This document shows, one piece after another, positions 1 through 13,162 of a stretch of 64,000 bases of DNA (position 1 is its first letter; each line of letters begins with the position of its first letter). Under the pieces are notes generated by a model. The model was not told where the DNA came from. It saw only the letters and a program-made list of their open reading frames with translations, and did not search any database. Where the stretch lies: NCBI GenBank assembly GCA_950097015.1, contig CATNEN010000001.1, positions 11,470,001 to 11,534,000 on the forward strand. Direction: 5' to 3'. The position numbers and the translations under genes are program-made. This stretch comes from Macrostomum hystrix. Taxonomy: Eukaryota; Animalia; Platyhelminthes.

Positions 1-475
1 GAAGGATTAACGATGGGTTTTATGAAGGATTAACGAGGGTTTTATGAAGGATTAACGATGGGATTTATGAAGGATTAACGATAGGATTATGAAGGATTAA
101 CGATGGGGTTTATGAAGGATCAACGATGGGGTATATGAAGGATTAACGATGGGATTTATGAAGGATTAACGATGGGGTTTATGAAGGATTAACGATGGGA
201 TTTATGAAGGATTAACGATAGGATTATGAAAGATTAACGATGGGTTTTATGAAGGATTAACGATGGGGTTTATGGAGGATTAACGATGGGATTTATGAAG
301 GATTAACGATGGGGTTTATGGAAGATTAATGGTGGGGTTTATAAAGGATTACCAATAAAATTTATGAAGATTAACGATAGGATTTATGAAGGATTAACAA
401 TAGGATTTATGAAGGATTAACGATTGGATTTATGAAAGATTAACGATGAACTTTCTGATGGATTATTGATAGGGT
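1..475. repeat. 23-bp minisatellite GAAGGATTAACGATGGGATTTAT
   Basis: Direct tandem periodicity, degenerating rightwards. Confidence 0.95.
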
Positions 476-673
476 CTCGGGATCAATAACAGGATTTGTG
501 AGAGATTATCGATGAGATTTCTTTTGGATTATTGATGGAATCTCCGAACTCAAGCGGGTGATTAATAATTATATATTTTTGAGATTGGTAAACAATTTAT
601 TGTCCGGTAATAAAATTTATAAAGAATTTTAGTTAAACAGAAGTTAAAAAAGAACTCTAAACAAAAAACAAAC

Positions 674-3600
674 CTTTTAATGAGTCGATGTATGGCCTTA
701 TCAGGTGTCTATCATCTTCATGCACAATAGTAAGGAATGAGGTCTGCATTAGATCGTCCACTGTATAATCGACGTAGTTACAAATGTTGGGAGACACGTA
801 ATAGATGCGCGACGATTGGGTCACAACTATTAGGAAGCCCTCGATTACCTGTGCAAAGTTTACGGGAAAATATTATTTGCTGTTCATTCGAGCTTTTTTT
901 TAATAACAATCGCTAATAGTGACAAAATTTAGTAATAGATTGACAAAATATTTAAAAGGCTATAAGACCGTTTCTTAAAAGTTAACATGTCGTGTCTATT
1001 TTTATCTTAACGGTAACAACACATATTTAATACAGGTAACAGGAGAACACTATAAAGACTTACATTTATAAGGAATAATCAATATCTAACAGATAGCAAT
1101 CCATATCTAACAGATAGCAACCCATATCTAACAGATAGCAATCCATATCTAACAGATAGCAATCCATATCTAACAGATAGCAATCCATATCTAACAGATA
1201 GCAATCCATATCTAATAGATAGCAATCCATATCTAACAGATAGCAATCCATATCTAACAGATAGCAATCCATATCTAACAGATAGCAATCCATATCTAAC
1301 AGATAGCAATCCATATCTAACAGATAGGAATCCAAGTCTAACAGGTAACAACCCAAGTCTAACAGGTAACAACCCAAGTCGAACAGGTAACAACCCAAGT
1401 CTAACAGGTAACAACCATTACATCTGACAGGTTGTATTTTTCGTGTTAAAATAGAATCGATCAAAAAATGTTAACGAAAAAAGTACTAAACATTAACGCA
1501 ACTTTTTAAGGCCCAAAAAATCCTGAACTTAAACTGTTCAATTCGTTTAACAAAAATAATACTTTTTAACTCAAATTAACTGATTAACTGAATTAAGCAC
1601 GAGTCAAGGTTCCTTTTAAACTGTACCATAATGTCAGTGCTAAAAATATGAAATATTGGCAAATAAACTGTAAATTAGCAGTTCAAAATTTTACGCTTCT
1701 TGTTTAACAGTTCCGTGCGTCTACTAGGTTAAGAATCGTGTCTAACAGCTTAAAATACATCTAAATAATAAAGCTTCGTGTCTAACATTGTTAGTTAAGC
1801 ATCGTGTCTAACATTGTCAGTTAAGCATCGTCTAACATTGTTAGTTAAGCATCGTGTCTAACATTGTCAGTTAAGCATCGTGTCTAACATTGTTAGTTAA
1901 GCATCGTGTCTAACATTGTCAGTTAAGCATCGTGTCTAACATTGTCAGTTAAGCATCGTGTCTAACATTGTTAGTTAAGCATCGTGTCTAACATTGTCAG
2001 TTAAGCATCGTGTCTAATATTGTTAGTTAAGCATCGTGTCTAACATTGTCAGTTAAGCATCGTGTCTAACATTGTCAGTTAAGCATCGTGTCTAACATTG
2101 TCAGTTAAGCATCGTGTCTAACATTGTCAGTTAAGCATCGTGTCTAACATTGTCAGTTAAGCATCGTGTCTAACATTGTCAGTTAAGCATCGTGTCTAAC
2201 ATTGTCAGTTAAGCATCGTGTCTAACATTGTTAGTTAAGCATCGTGTCTAACATTGTCAGTTAAGCATCGTCTAACATTGTTAGTTAAGCATCGTGTCTA
2301 ACATTGTCAGTTAAGCATCGTGTCTAACATTGTTAGTTAAGCATCGTGTCTAACATTGTCAGTTAAGCATCGTGTCTAACATTGTCAGTTAAGCATCGTG
2401 TCTAACATTGTTAGTTAAGCATCGTGTCTAACATTGTTAGTTAAGCATCGTGTCTAACATTGTTAGTTAAGCATCGTGTCTAACATTGTCAGTTAAGCAT
2501 CGTGTCTAACATTGTTAGTTAAGCATCGTGTCTAACATTGTTAGTTAAGCATCGTGTCTAACATTGTCAGTTAAGCATCGTGTCTAACATTGTTAGTTAA
2601 GCATCGTGTCTAACATTGTCAGTTAAGCATCGTGTCTAACATTGTCAGTTAAGCATCGTGTCTAACATTGTCAGTTAAGCATCGTGTCTAACATTGTCAG
2701 TTAAGCATCGTGTCTAACATTGTCAGTTAAGCATCGTGTCTAACATTGTCAGTTAAGCATCGTGTCTAACATTGTCAGTTAAGCATCGTGTCTAACATTG
2801 TCAGTTAAGCATCGTGTCTAACATTGTCAGTTAAGCATCGTGTCTAACATTGTCAGTTAAGCATCGTGTCTAACATTGTCAGTTAAGCATCGTGTCTAAC
2901 ATTGTCAGTTAAGCATCGTGTCTAACATTGTCAGTTAAGCATCGTGTCTAACATTGTCAGTTAAGCATCGTGTCTAACATTGTCAGTTAAGCATCGTGTC
3001 TAACATTGTCAGTTAAGCATCGTGTCTAACATTGTCAGTTAAGCATCGTGTCTAACATTGTCAGTTAAGCATCGTGTCTAACATTGTCAGTTAAGCATCG
3101 TGTCTAACATTGTCAGTTAAGCATCGTGTCTAACATTGTCAGTTAAGCATCGTGTCTAACATTGTCAGTTAAGCATCGTGTCTAACAGCTAATTAAAAAT
3201 ATCGCGTATCTCGTCTAGCATTAGCTAAAATAAAATAAGCAGGCAATTGAAAACTGTCTAGCCTTGTGTCTAAAACATTGTTCTTAATATCTAACATGCG
3301 AAAAAAAACAATGCCTGCAATTCATCAATCAATTCATCAAACTCACATCAAGGATGAGCGAACCCAACAGCTGTGCGTGATTCAAATTTGAAGATCGATT
3401 AGGAACAGTCTGGCCAATTTGAACCGCTCCGACGCTGTTAATAGCTGTTGAAGTTGGTTGGACTGCTTGCTCTTTTTTAACGCTTCTAGCAGTTTTGCCA
3501 GCCATGCTGTGAATAATCTGTTGTTTATTATCGTCAATTTGTTTCACATCATCACTGTGCTCCAAAGTAATTTCTAAGCTTTCATCACTGCCGACTGGTT

Positions 3601-3721
3601 CGACTGCAGCTGGCGTCAGTGACGCAGATGACACAGCGACAATTCTAATCTTTTCTTTATCATCGTCGGCCAATTTTAATGGCAGGCTGGCGACAGAGCC
3701 GTCGCCAATGCCAGTTGTCAT
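674..3721 (-). CDS. PAS-domain protein, NCOA/SRC/taiman-like (5' part; exons 3721-3347 and 848-674, continues beyond the left edge)
   Basis: Exon 1 ends ...LLGSLILD|gtgagt (phase 0). The exon at 848-674 follows a cacag acceptor and translates VIEGFLIVVTQSSRIYYVSPNICNYVDYTVDDLMQTSFLTIVHEDDRHLIRPYIDSLK, a typical PAS-A N-terminal half (LILEALDGFLFVV..YVSxxVxxYL..DL..S...I.H.DD). The ATG is in GCCATG context with an in-frame TAA 18 nt upstream. The second exon is missed by the ORF track. Confidence 0.75.
1075..1420. repeat. 21-bp minisatellite CCATATCTAACAGATAGCAAT
   Basis: Tandem periodicity. Confidence 0.95.
1775..3190. repeat. 26-bp minisatellite GCATCGTGTCTAACATTGTCAGTTAA
   Basis: Highly homogeneous tandem array. 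Confidence 0.97.
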
Positions 3722-4729
3722 GGCAACAGCGTGGAATTATGTTGCAACTATAATTGAAGAATCAGTCTGCTATGGTGCTGGGCTAGTAAAATTTAGCCTT
3801 TGAATTGTGATAGCTTTCTTGAATAAGTCTAAACTCTCTTAATTCTCACAGAGATCTCTGGGCGCTTAGATGATTTGTCTAAAATGATATCTTTAAAATC
3901 TCGATTAAGGCTCACATTGCTAAATGGTTGAGCCTTTGATTCAGTGCTAAAAGTGATGCTGCAGTAGTAGCTGAAAATTTGAGAAAAATAGTCTAAGGAT
4001 TTATTATTACTAAATAAGATAGGTGAATAATAATGAAGTACAATAGGTTATAAAAATATACACATACTTTTAAATCCAATTATAACATAATTTACACATC
4101 ATGTAATAAGTAAGTAATTTTTATGGCATTCAAGTTCATTTAAAAGAATATGATTTTTATTAAAATATTGTAATAATTATCATTCTGTAATACTTGCTAT
4201 TAGACTAGATAACAGTTATACCATTAACAATAAACACAAAGACAGCCTTACTATATTTAGCATGGAATAATATTTAAGCATGGGAGTAGGTATGCATTTC
4301 ACAGAATCAATAGCAAAAAACTGTAGCATCTTGCTGTGAATGAATCTGAGAGACGGCTTGCTTACAAATATGGTAGATCAGATCAGCACTACAACATTTT
4401 TTATATCTTTGGTATTAAAGTACTGCAAAACATTCTGTGTCTTACTTTATATGAACAATACTTCTCAATAACATAGCTTATGTATATTTATTAACAATAT
4501 ATGAATGGCAGCTACATATATTTTAACTAAAAAGATAGAAATACAACATAAAACAAAATAAATATTTAGGTTATTTTTACAAGCAAAAATATTTGGTGCA
4601 CTATAAATAAAGTTTGAAGTAAAAAACTTGGTTTTTAAATATTACATTTTTTAAACATTTCCATCATTCTTCATTTGTGGGCCAAAAAAAGAACCTAAAA
4701 AAGACAGTGGGCCACAATGACTATAGAAA

Positions 4730-4910
4730 TATGAGATAGGGGAGAGATAAGACAGAGAAGAGATGACAGGGAAGATGAGATATACAGGAAAGATAAGACA
4801 CAGGAAAGGTGAGACACAGGGTAGATGAGACAGTGGAGAGATAATACATAGGAGAGATGAGCCATCAAAAAGATGAGACCAAAGAGAGATCATACAAGGG
4901 AAAGATGAAA
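4730..4910. repeat. Degenerate purine-rich GAGATGAGAC repeat
   Basis: Related to the array at 41857. Confidence 0.6.
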
Positions 4911-5523
4911 CAGAATATTTTAGGTTTTTTTACTCTAAATTACTTTAACATATTTTTGCACTTTTCAGAGCCTAAAAAGTATGAAGCAAGTCAAATCATG
5001 GGCAAAATTATGACAAAGAAGAGTCTAAAGTGTAATAGAGTGGTAAGTGGTCATGTGTTTGGCAAGCTGCCCAGAGATCATTAATTAAGTATATGCCTAG
5101 GAGCATAGTGTAAGAGTGTCTGATATTGATAATCTGAATCCAACTATTAGCAGACCTTTTAGGAACATTGAGAGTAGCCAATGAGCATCACTGTACCTCT
5201 CTTGACCATGGGAATCACCCAGTGACTTTCCCAAAACTGGCCCTACTGATAATTTTTATGTATATATCATTTTCTGTGCAAGTAAATTATGTTAACATAT
5301 GCCTAATGCAGAGCAGGAAACCAAAGTTATGCCAAATTTTCTATACTGATAATAATAAGTATATGTGAAGCTATAATAAATGGAACACAGTGAAATTACA
5401 CTTAAAAGTAATTAAACTTAAAATTCAAATTACAATAAAAAAACCACTAACTTTTGGAATTTGTTTTTTATTGCTATACTAATTATGCATAGCCACTTAA
5501 AGAGGCCTAGGCTCTATATATAT

Positions 5524-5790
5524 CATACATACGCAACCTCCCAAATCTTAGCCAGCCGTGAGACTTAGTTTTTGCTCTCATTTGCGACTTAGTTCATTTC
5601 ATTGCTCTATTTACGACTTAGTTTGCTCTCATTTGCTCTCTTTTTCTCTCCCCTTTTTCCTTTTCTTCACGCCTTTCTTTTTTGTCCCTTGGTCCCCCCT
5701 TTGATTTTTTTGCGCTTGGTCTATTGGTTTTTGCAACTTACCTTGCTTGGCCCTCGTTTCACCCAGTTGGCTGGGTGTTGCGCATGTATG
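5524..5790 (-). mobile_element. hAT-type MITE copy 1
   Basis: TIR CATACAT(A/G)CGCAAC...GTTGCGCATGTATG; flanks atatatat/atatacat (8-bp TSD, 1 mismatch). Confidence 0.85.
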
Positions 5791-6528
5791 ATATACATAT
5801 ATTATTGTGGAAAGCCTTTCAATTATAGTTTTTCTATGGAAGTGCTTATTCCCATGGTCCTGTGCCGATAATTCTCTGCCTATCCACATGGCAGCTTATG
5901 GCAGCTTATACAGCAGATAACTTTAAGAACTTAAAGCACATATTTTACTGGAACTGTGTAGCAATTTTAATGTACTATATACAACTGGCCATACATATTT
6001 TCCAGAACCTGCAGTAGTGCCTCTTTTAATTACGAGCAATACACAGATTAACTTTAGAATAATATGTAAAGTTGCAAACAATTGCATGAGAAATTGCAAA
6101 AGAAATTTGAAAATTTTTATTACAATAATTAAAAAGGATAACATTAATGTCAGTTAATGAATGTGCAGGTCGAAATTTAGAACACTGTTGTATCACACTC
6201 GCAACTTTGTCGATCTATTGGCTCTAGGGTTCAACAAACGTTCAAACCTGAAAGGGCCTCGTTTCAGGCTTTTTCAGGAGGTTGATGTATCATCAACCAA
6301 ACAAGAATGTGTATTTTTTAACTTCAAACCTAAGCTATAGATTTTCTATTTAAGATATAATGATAAATCAAAAGCCAAGTTATAGAAAACAGTTACATCT
6401 TTCTAAAAAGTATCTGCTTTTGCTATTTTGTCAAATAGAAAAAAGTTATTCCTGCTTTTATCTAAAACCGAACAATGATTTTCATGTATCTTCAAACCAA
6501 ACAGAGAATTTGATGTTTGGTTTTACAA

Positions 6529-6809
6529 CATACATGCGCAACACCCGGCCAACCCAGCCGAACCGGCCGGGTGAAACGAGGGCCAAGCAAGGTAAGTCGC
6601 AAAAACCAATCGACCAAGCGCCAAAAAATCAAAGGGGGGACCAAGGGACAAAAAAGGAAGGCGTGAAGAAAAGGAAAAAGGGGAGAGAAAAAGAGAGCAA
6701 ATGAGAGCAAACTAAGTCGTAAATAGAGCAATGAAATGAACTAAGTCGCAAATGAGAGCAAAAACTAAGTCGCAAGGCCGGCTAAGATTTGGGAGGTTGC
6801 GCATGTATG
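6529..6809 (+). mobile_element. hAT-type MITE copy 2
   Basis: 14-bp TIRs and a perfect 8-bp TSD ttttacaa. Confidence 0.9.
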
Positions 6810-8824
6810 TTTTACAATTTGAGTGAGTGGTTTAATCTTATTTTAAGGAGTGAACTAGGCCTATCAAGAATTATGTCATTTGAAAGCATTTTTCATGCTC
6901 TATAAATAACACTATTTATGGTCATTTAATTGGCAAGCTACCACATACAATCTTCATCTAAAGTACATACTGAAAAAAATGTTGTTAAAAAGTATGCTTT
7001 TGCAATAAAAATTTCTACTGAAACATCAATATCTTTCTTTCCACTTAATGCTTCATTGCACATCATGCCTCAGCTTGTAGATAATTTCTTCAACTTTCAA
7101 ATTAGTTGTTCTGTGAAACACAATAGCTTGTTTCTGTCTTGCACGAGACCAAGGAAGGAGTCAAAATTATTGTTCAGTTTTGAAGATACACTGTTCGGTT
7201 GATGATACATTACCTTAAGCAGAAAATTATTGGCATGGATCCCTGTGGATAAAATTGAAATTAATGGCACGGGACCATGGGAATAAGCTCTGCCTTTTTC
7301 TATAGCATTATTGTTTGTGGATAAAGTTTATCATTGGCTATATTATGTCAGTAAAATTTTCTAAAAAGTACAAAACAGTATAGAAAACTAACATAACATA
7401 GTAGAATCATCTTGCTTAGCTATAAGGAATTTAGATAAGCCCCTTTATTTCTTAAATATTAAATATATATATTCTACAAAAAACTAGGAAATATTCTACA
7501 CGCCGGGCTGCACTTTTTTGCCTTGCAACCCTTTCTTTGTTTACATATTTTACTGAAATGATATTATTCAAATAATATTCAGAAAGCCAGCATGGTTGAT
7601 GCTATATACAATTTTTGCTGTTAATTAAAATTTACTCGCGGATACTCGCGTCAACTCGCGGATACACGATAAGAATGCTGTGGATATTATTTTGTTCATG
7701 TTGGACATACGAGCGTACAAGATGTTTTTCAAGGAAAGGATCACAATTTTTTATTTTAAAAGTTGCAAGCAACTAATCAAATATCACAAACAAAAAAAGC
7801 TAAAATTTAGTTCCTTAGTTAAATACGTAATTTACATAATTAAAGTAAACGTTCAGTATTCACTGATCTTTATATAACATTTATTTACATGAAGAAGTGC
7901 CGAGCGGAAGTATTGTTGTTAACGATAATCCTAGTAAAAATCACCACTTGTCCTGACCCTGATTTTCATTCACTATATATCTAGTAAATAAGCATACCAG
8001 AGTGAATATAAATGCACGTATAATCACTGCATGTAAGTGGTTTTTATCCTTCCAGTTTCGCAAGCAAACTTTTTTAAGCATATATTTTTTGTTGATTTCA
8101 ACGAATTCAACGAAAATTCAGAATTTTTTCAGTTCTTAAAGTATATAAATCGCATAACTACTCGTATGCCCTCTGCCATTTCTGTTGTGTATGCGGCTTG
8201 CATGCCGCCTAGAGTGCTAGCGCACGTGCCGTGTTGTGAGTTGCTCCAAGGCTCACTGTCTGCCCCAGAGACCGGTCTATAAGGCCGCGGAGTGGGGGGT
8301 TGGTATACGTTGTTTACGTGGGTGCTGGTCATTTCGTCAGCTGCCAGTTCGTCAACTTGGTTGACGAACAGTTGACAAAATGACCTGAGAATGTTAGTTA
8401 ATTACTTCGTTTGCTACAGTTTGCAAACGTCATAACATGTACATAACATTACCTTTGTTATTATTACTTATTATCCGGAACGTTCTCTATTAGTTTGTAT
8501 ACATATATATGCACAGCAAGCGTGCCGCTACAAAGGCAATAATCTTTCACGCTTTCTATCTTCCACTCTTCGTCTTCGACTACTTCTGAGTGAATGCGTG
8601 CGCCCTGTCTCTTTTACTTGAACCAGCGCCCCTCGCGTTGACACGTTCTCTCAATCTCTCAATGCGAATTAGCACCTTGTCTTATCCTCAACTATCATGT
8701 CTCAACAACCTCACCAGCCAAACCAATCCGAGTTACTTTAAACCTGACACTGCAACCTCCTCATTAAACACTATATAATGGAGTAGGGTTTCAGGAGGGC
8801 CACTCAATTTTTTACGTCTTGGTA

Positions 8825-9900
8825 ATGGACACTGATAAGTGTATGGAATTCGATTCAGTTCTCAGAGACTGTGCGGCCACGTCAACAGGCCATACAGTAC
8901 ATGCGATTCGTGCCAAAAGTGGCAACATCGAATTTGTGGGACTAGAATCTCACAAGCAGAGTACAGGCAGCTTATGCGGCAGGACGTGTTCGCATGCTCG
9001 TGTGCCACTTGTCAGGCAAGACCAAGCGGCGGAGCCAGCGGCGGAGTCAGCGACGGAGCCAGCGGCGGAGCCAATCAAGCAGGTTCCTCTGGCCTTCGCA
9101 CTAATGTCAGGTAAGTCGGTAAATGCACTGCCATCTTCTCTGCACTGAAACAGGGACTGGGCAACTCGACGCCGGAGGTCTGTGTCATGGACTTCGAAGC
9201 TGCGGCATGGCAGGCTTTACGGTCCGTGTTTCCGGCTGCAAGGTTCCAGGGCTGCCGGTTTCACTTCGCGCAGGCGATATTTCGTCGCTTGCAGCACCTG
9301 GGCCTGCAGCAGGCCTATCTAACAGATCCTGGCACCCGCGACTTCGCTCGCATGCTCATGGCGCTCCCCTACCTGCCGGCCGAGCACATGGTGGGCGAGG
9401 GTCTGGCGCAGATCGTTGCTGGTGTGTATGCGCCACTGCTGCTGGACCTGGCCGAGTACGTGAGCGCAACCTGGCTGTCGAACCCGGTCCACGGAGTCCA
9501 CGAAGTCAGTGTGTACGGCCAGTCAATACGTACCAACAACGAGGTCGAGGGCTGGCACCGGAGACTCAAGCAGCGGGCCCAGAGAGTGCAGTTGACACAA
9601 GAATGCATGCAAGAAGGCTATTCTCATCCAAAATGCTGGGCGAGGATCGAGGGCCAGAAAGTCTACGCGCTGAGAGGAATCTACCTATACGATCGACAAG
9701 CTAGTGGCGCAGCTGAAAGCCATCATTTGGCCAGTCCCAGAGCACCATCAGCAACCGTATTCAAGTCACGCGCCCGGATGCCTGGCGAGCCGATCGATCA
9801 GCCAGTTCGTTGACGCCCTGCCAGAACTCGCAGCAGATTGCGAATACGGCGGTCTTAAGACCAGATGATCAGGGACCAGATCATCGAGAAGACCCATCGG
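8825..9900 (+). pseudogene. Degenerate Mutator-like (MULE) transposase with N-terminal PHD-like finger
   Basis: Frameshifted segments: CDSCQKWQHRICG...CSCATC (PHD-like), QVPLAFALMSGK, VMDFEAAAWQALRSVFPAARFQGCRFHFAQAIFRRLQHLGL and RTNNEVEGWHRRLK (MULE motifs D..CxFH..E). The segment with the first catalytic Asp appears deleted. No TIRs were found. Confidence 0.82.
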
Positions 9901-12038
9901 GCATCCGAGAATGCCTGGTCATGGAGAAGGTGTGCTCGAATTGGAGACAGCCGTGTCCTGGTGATTCAAGTAGAATCCGCCATTAACGACGCCAAGAATT
10001 GTAAACTGCAGATCATGAAATTCTGACTTTGCGCACTAACGAACTTTTGTATTTCCATGCATTAATTCACTTTTGCTTTTTGAGGGGGGTGATCTTGTGT
10101 ATGCGGCTTGAATTGCGTGCCGCCTAGAGTGCAAGCGCACGTGGCGCGTTGTGATTGGCTGGGGGTTTTACTGTCTGCCCCAGACCGCGGTCTAGTCCGG
10201 GGTGGGGGGTTGGTTGTTGACGTGGCAGTCTTGACAGTCTATAAATATATGATAGCGCGCGCAGGCCTAAGCCTTGACTTTCTTTTCACCTTTCTCAATA
10301 AAACTGCTCCGTTTTTCAACTGGCCACGTTGCCTCAGCAGAACAATGGGTTTCAGCTAGGTGGATCCCGGCCCGAGCGACACCCTACACAGACGCGGCGT
10401 CAGATTGCTGCTGCGCTGGATCATTGTATGTGCAGCCATGGCCACGGCGACCAGAACCCACTGTCGCTGGTCCTCTGGCACTAGCCTTCTAAGCGGCTAC
10501 GCCGTGGCTGAGGCCGACTTTACTATGGTGGCTAGCTGCTGCACGGTGATTTGCAGGCCATGAGCTCATCTTGCAGCCCCCAAGTCCATGCTAAGACCTG
10601 CCCCTCACATCTGTTCAGCGAACTTTTACGCATTAGGGTGAATTTGGGTTTGCTGCTCTTTTTCTCTCCCTTTGCGTATTTATTTGTCTATTTCACCAAC
10701 TGCATACCTTTGAAAGACAGGCAAAAATCGCTTGATGGGTATCAACGTAATTATATTGTTGCACAAGTAATTAAACTATCGGAACGCGAGAGATATATTT
10801 AGACTTTAAAGACCTATAATTCTTTCGTGCTGTAGCTTTCAATACAAAATTTGTTTCGATCCAAATAGTGATTGACAATTCTAAAAAAGTTGACGAAAAA
10901 ATTGAATGTACGTTTTAAAGAAACAACGATTTGCAACGAAAAGCTTTTTGCGTGATAATTTAAAACACGATTTTCCTAGAGAGCAAACTTGGGTACAATC
11001 GGTTATTAGAATCTCTACTTTTGTCTACCTAGGTACTGTTGTGATACTTGCCTGCAGATGCCTTGTAAATATTCAATGCCATTATATACGTTAAAAGTTG
11101 TAGTCGCAAGGCTTTTTCTTGTCGTTTCTTGTCTTGTTATCCAACTAATGCGTAGCTATCTCTAATTAACGCAACTAATTCAGAATTAAGTAATTCAATG
11201 TGTTACATTATTTTCTGTTTGTGTTTTCTGCTTGCGGCTGACTATTCCTGACTGGGGTCTATCATTGGCTGGACCCTAAAGTTCAAAATGGGGACAAATA
11301 AAAAGTGGAACATCAAAATACAGACAAAATGCGAGTACAACTGCATGTATATAATAGGCCTACTTCTAAGTTCTACACTAAAAAACATATTGTCTAAATT
11401 CAAGTTCTTTGTAATGCTGTTGTAGTAAATTTAGCTCAAGCAAAATGGCTTTTGCAAAAGTTAAGGAATATAGTTATGGAATTTATATTTAATTTGTAAA
11501 ATAAAAAAAATTTGAACTTGGCACTTTTTGTATTTAGGTCACTCTCTAGCATTCTAGTTTTGATTGACAAAAAACTTTTAAAATTGTCTGGTGGTTTTAA
11601 AATCATGTTTTTTAATCTATAATCAGGATCAGACCAAACAAAAGAACTACACCTTATTTACAGCAATGGAATGGACATATGCTCATATATATTTTTGGTT
11701 TTGGACTTATGGAAGGTTATCATTTGAAACAACTTTTAGAGAAAAATGATTGTGATCCAACAATACAAAATCTAAAGTGTTATAATCTAATTTCCTAAAC
11801 TTTAAGCAAAAAATTGCCATTGCTTACTCTAAGCCAAAAGTATATTAAGCACTACACTTTTTTGACAATCATTTCGATGAAGATGTACCCATGCCATTGA
11901 AAATAATCGAAACTGAAGAGGATACAACTGAAGGGGAGGCCTACTTTATAACCCACAGTTATTTTCAAATTAGGCTAATGTAGGCCTATGCCATATAGCT
12001 TTTGTTAATGCTAACTGAAGACATGAAATGCTGTAGTT

Positions 12039-12280
12039 CATACATGCGCAACACCCGGCCGAACTGGCCAGGTGAAACGAGGGCCAAGCAAGGTAAGTGG
12101 CAAAAACCAATCAACCAAGCACAAAAAAATCAAAGGGGGGACCAAGTGACAAAAAATGAAGGCGTGAAGAAAAGGAAAAAGGGGAGAGAAAAAGAGAGCA
12201 AATGAGAGCAAACTAAGTCGTAAATAGAGCAAAAACTAAGTCGCACGGCTGGCTAAAATTTGGGAGGTTGCACATGCATG
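12039..12280 (+). mobile_element. hAT-type MITE copy 3
   Basis: Same TIRs and body with a small internal deletion; perfect 8-bp TSD ctgtagtt. Confidence 0.9.
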
Positions 12281-13162
12281 CTGTAGTTTTGGAATGCCAT
12301 AATTTTAGGGCAGATTTTTTTCTTAAAATTATCCTTATCTGAAACTCAAATAATACATGAGTTCCTAATTTGAATAGGCCATAATATCTCAAAAAAGAAG
12401 TACTGCAGTTTTAGAAGACTATGAATTTCAATAAGAAATCTACAATATAATGATTGTCATTTGAAAACTGATATATGAGGTCTGGATTATTAAATAAACA
12501 AGATGATAATTTCAAAAAAGAACCACTGTTACCATTGCTGAACCTATTGCTACCAAGCAGGTTTGCTTTTGATTCTCTAGAAACCATGTGTAAATTTCAA
12601 TTTAAATTCTTAAGAAAATTTAATTTTATGAAGAATTTTAAGAAAAGCATATTAGCATAGTATTAGTAGTTCTCTTAGTACTTAGTACTTAGTTACCATT
12701 GAGTACAAAGCTATAATATCTGATTTTATATGATCACAAACCCACATATTTTTAATATTTTGTACTTTTGTACACCTGCCCTAACTGGGTCAGAAATGCA
12801 GCCTACAGCACAACTGCTACTAATTTTGTGGTGCATCTGGAGGCAGTATATGGCTGTTTAGTCCATGGAATGGGGAGACACCTACCATTGATGCCTACCA
12901 TCAATTGGCCAAGTTAATGCAGTCAAGTCTTACACTCTAATTACTAGGCTACAACTCCGTATTGCTATTGTTACAGTCATACTGGTTTAAGTATTATTTT
13001 CTAGACACAATTTTTTAGTATGCAATTATTATTCTAGCATTTCATTTTATCAATAATTCACAACCTTTACTTGTTCTTTTTTTAGGTAAAATTCTAATTA
13101 GCATTATAGAAGTAAAACTCCCTTGATTTGCAGTAGTCAAAGCTGTTTAAACAGCGCCAAAA

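Noticed and set aside
1066-1464. CYLLDMD-repeat ORFs, and similar ORFs at 22400-23226, 39204-40152, 56435-56918 and 60921
   Set aside because: All lie within minisatellites, several of them inside introns of real genes.
1775-3190. CRISPR-like appearance of 21-52-bp repeats
   Set aside because: Units are head-to-tail with no unique spacers, there are no cas genes, and the context is eukaryotic.
9111-9153. Intron joining the PHD and MULE segments (caggtaagt)
   Set aside because: The sequence reads as the MULE motif PLAFALMSGK...TAIFSAL across a frameshift, so decay explains it better.
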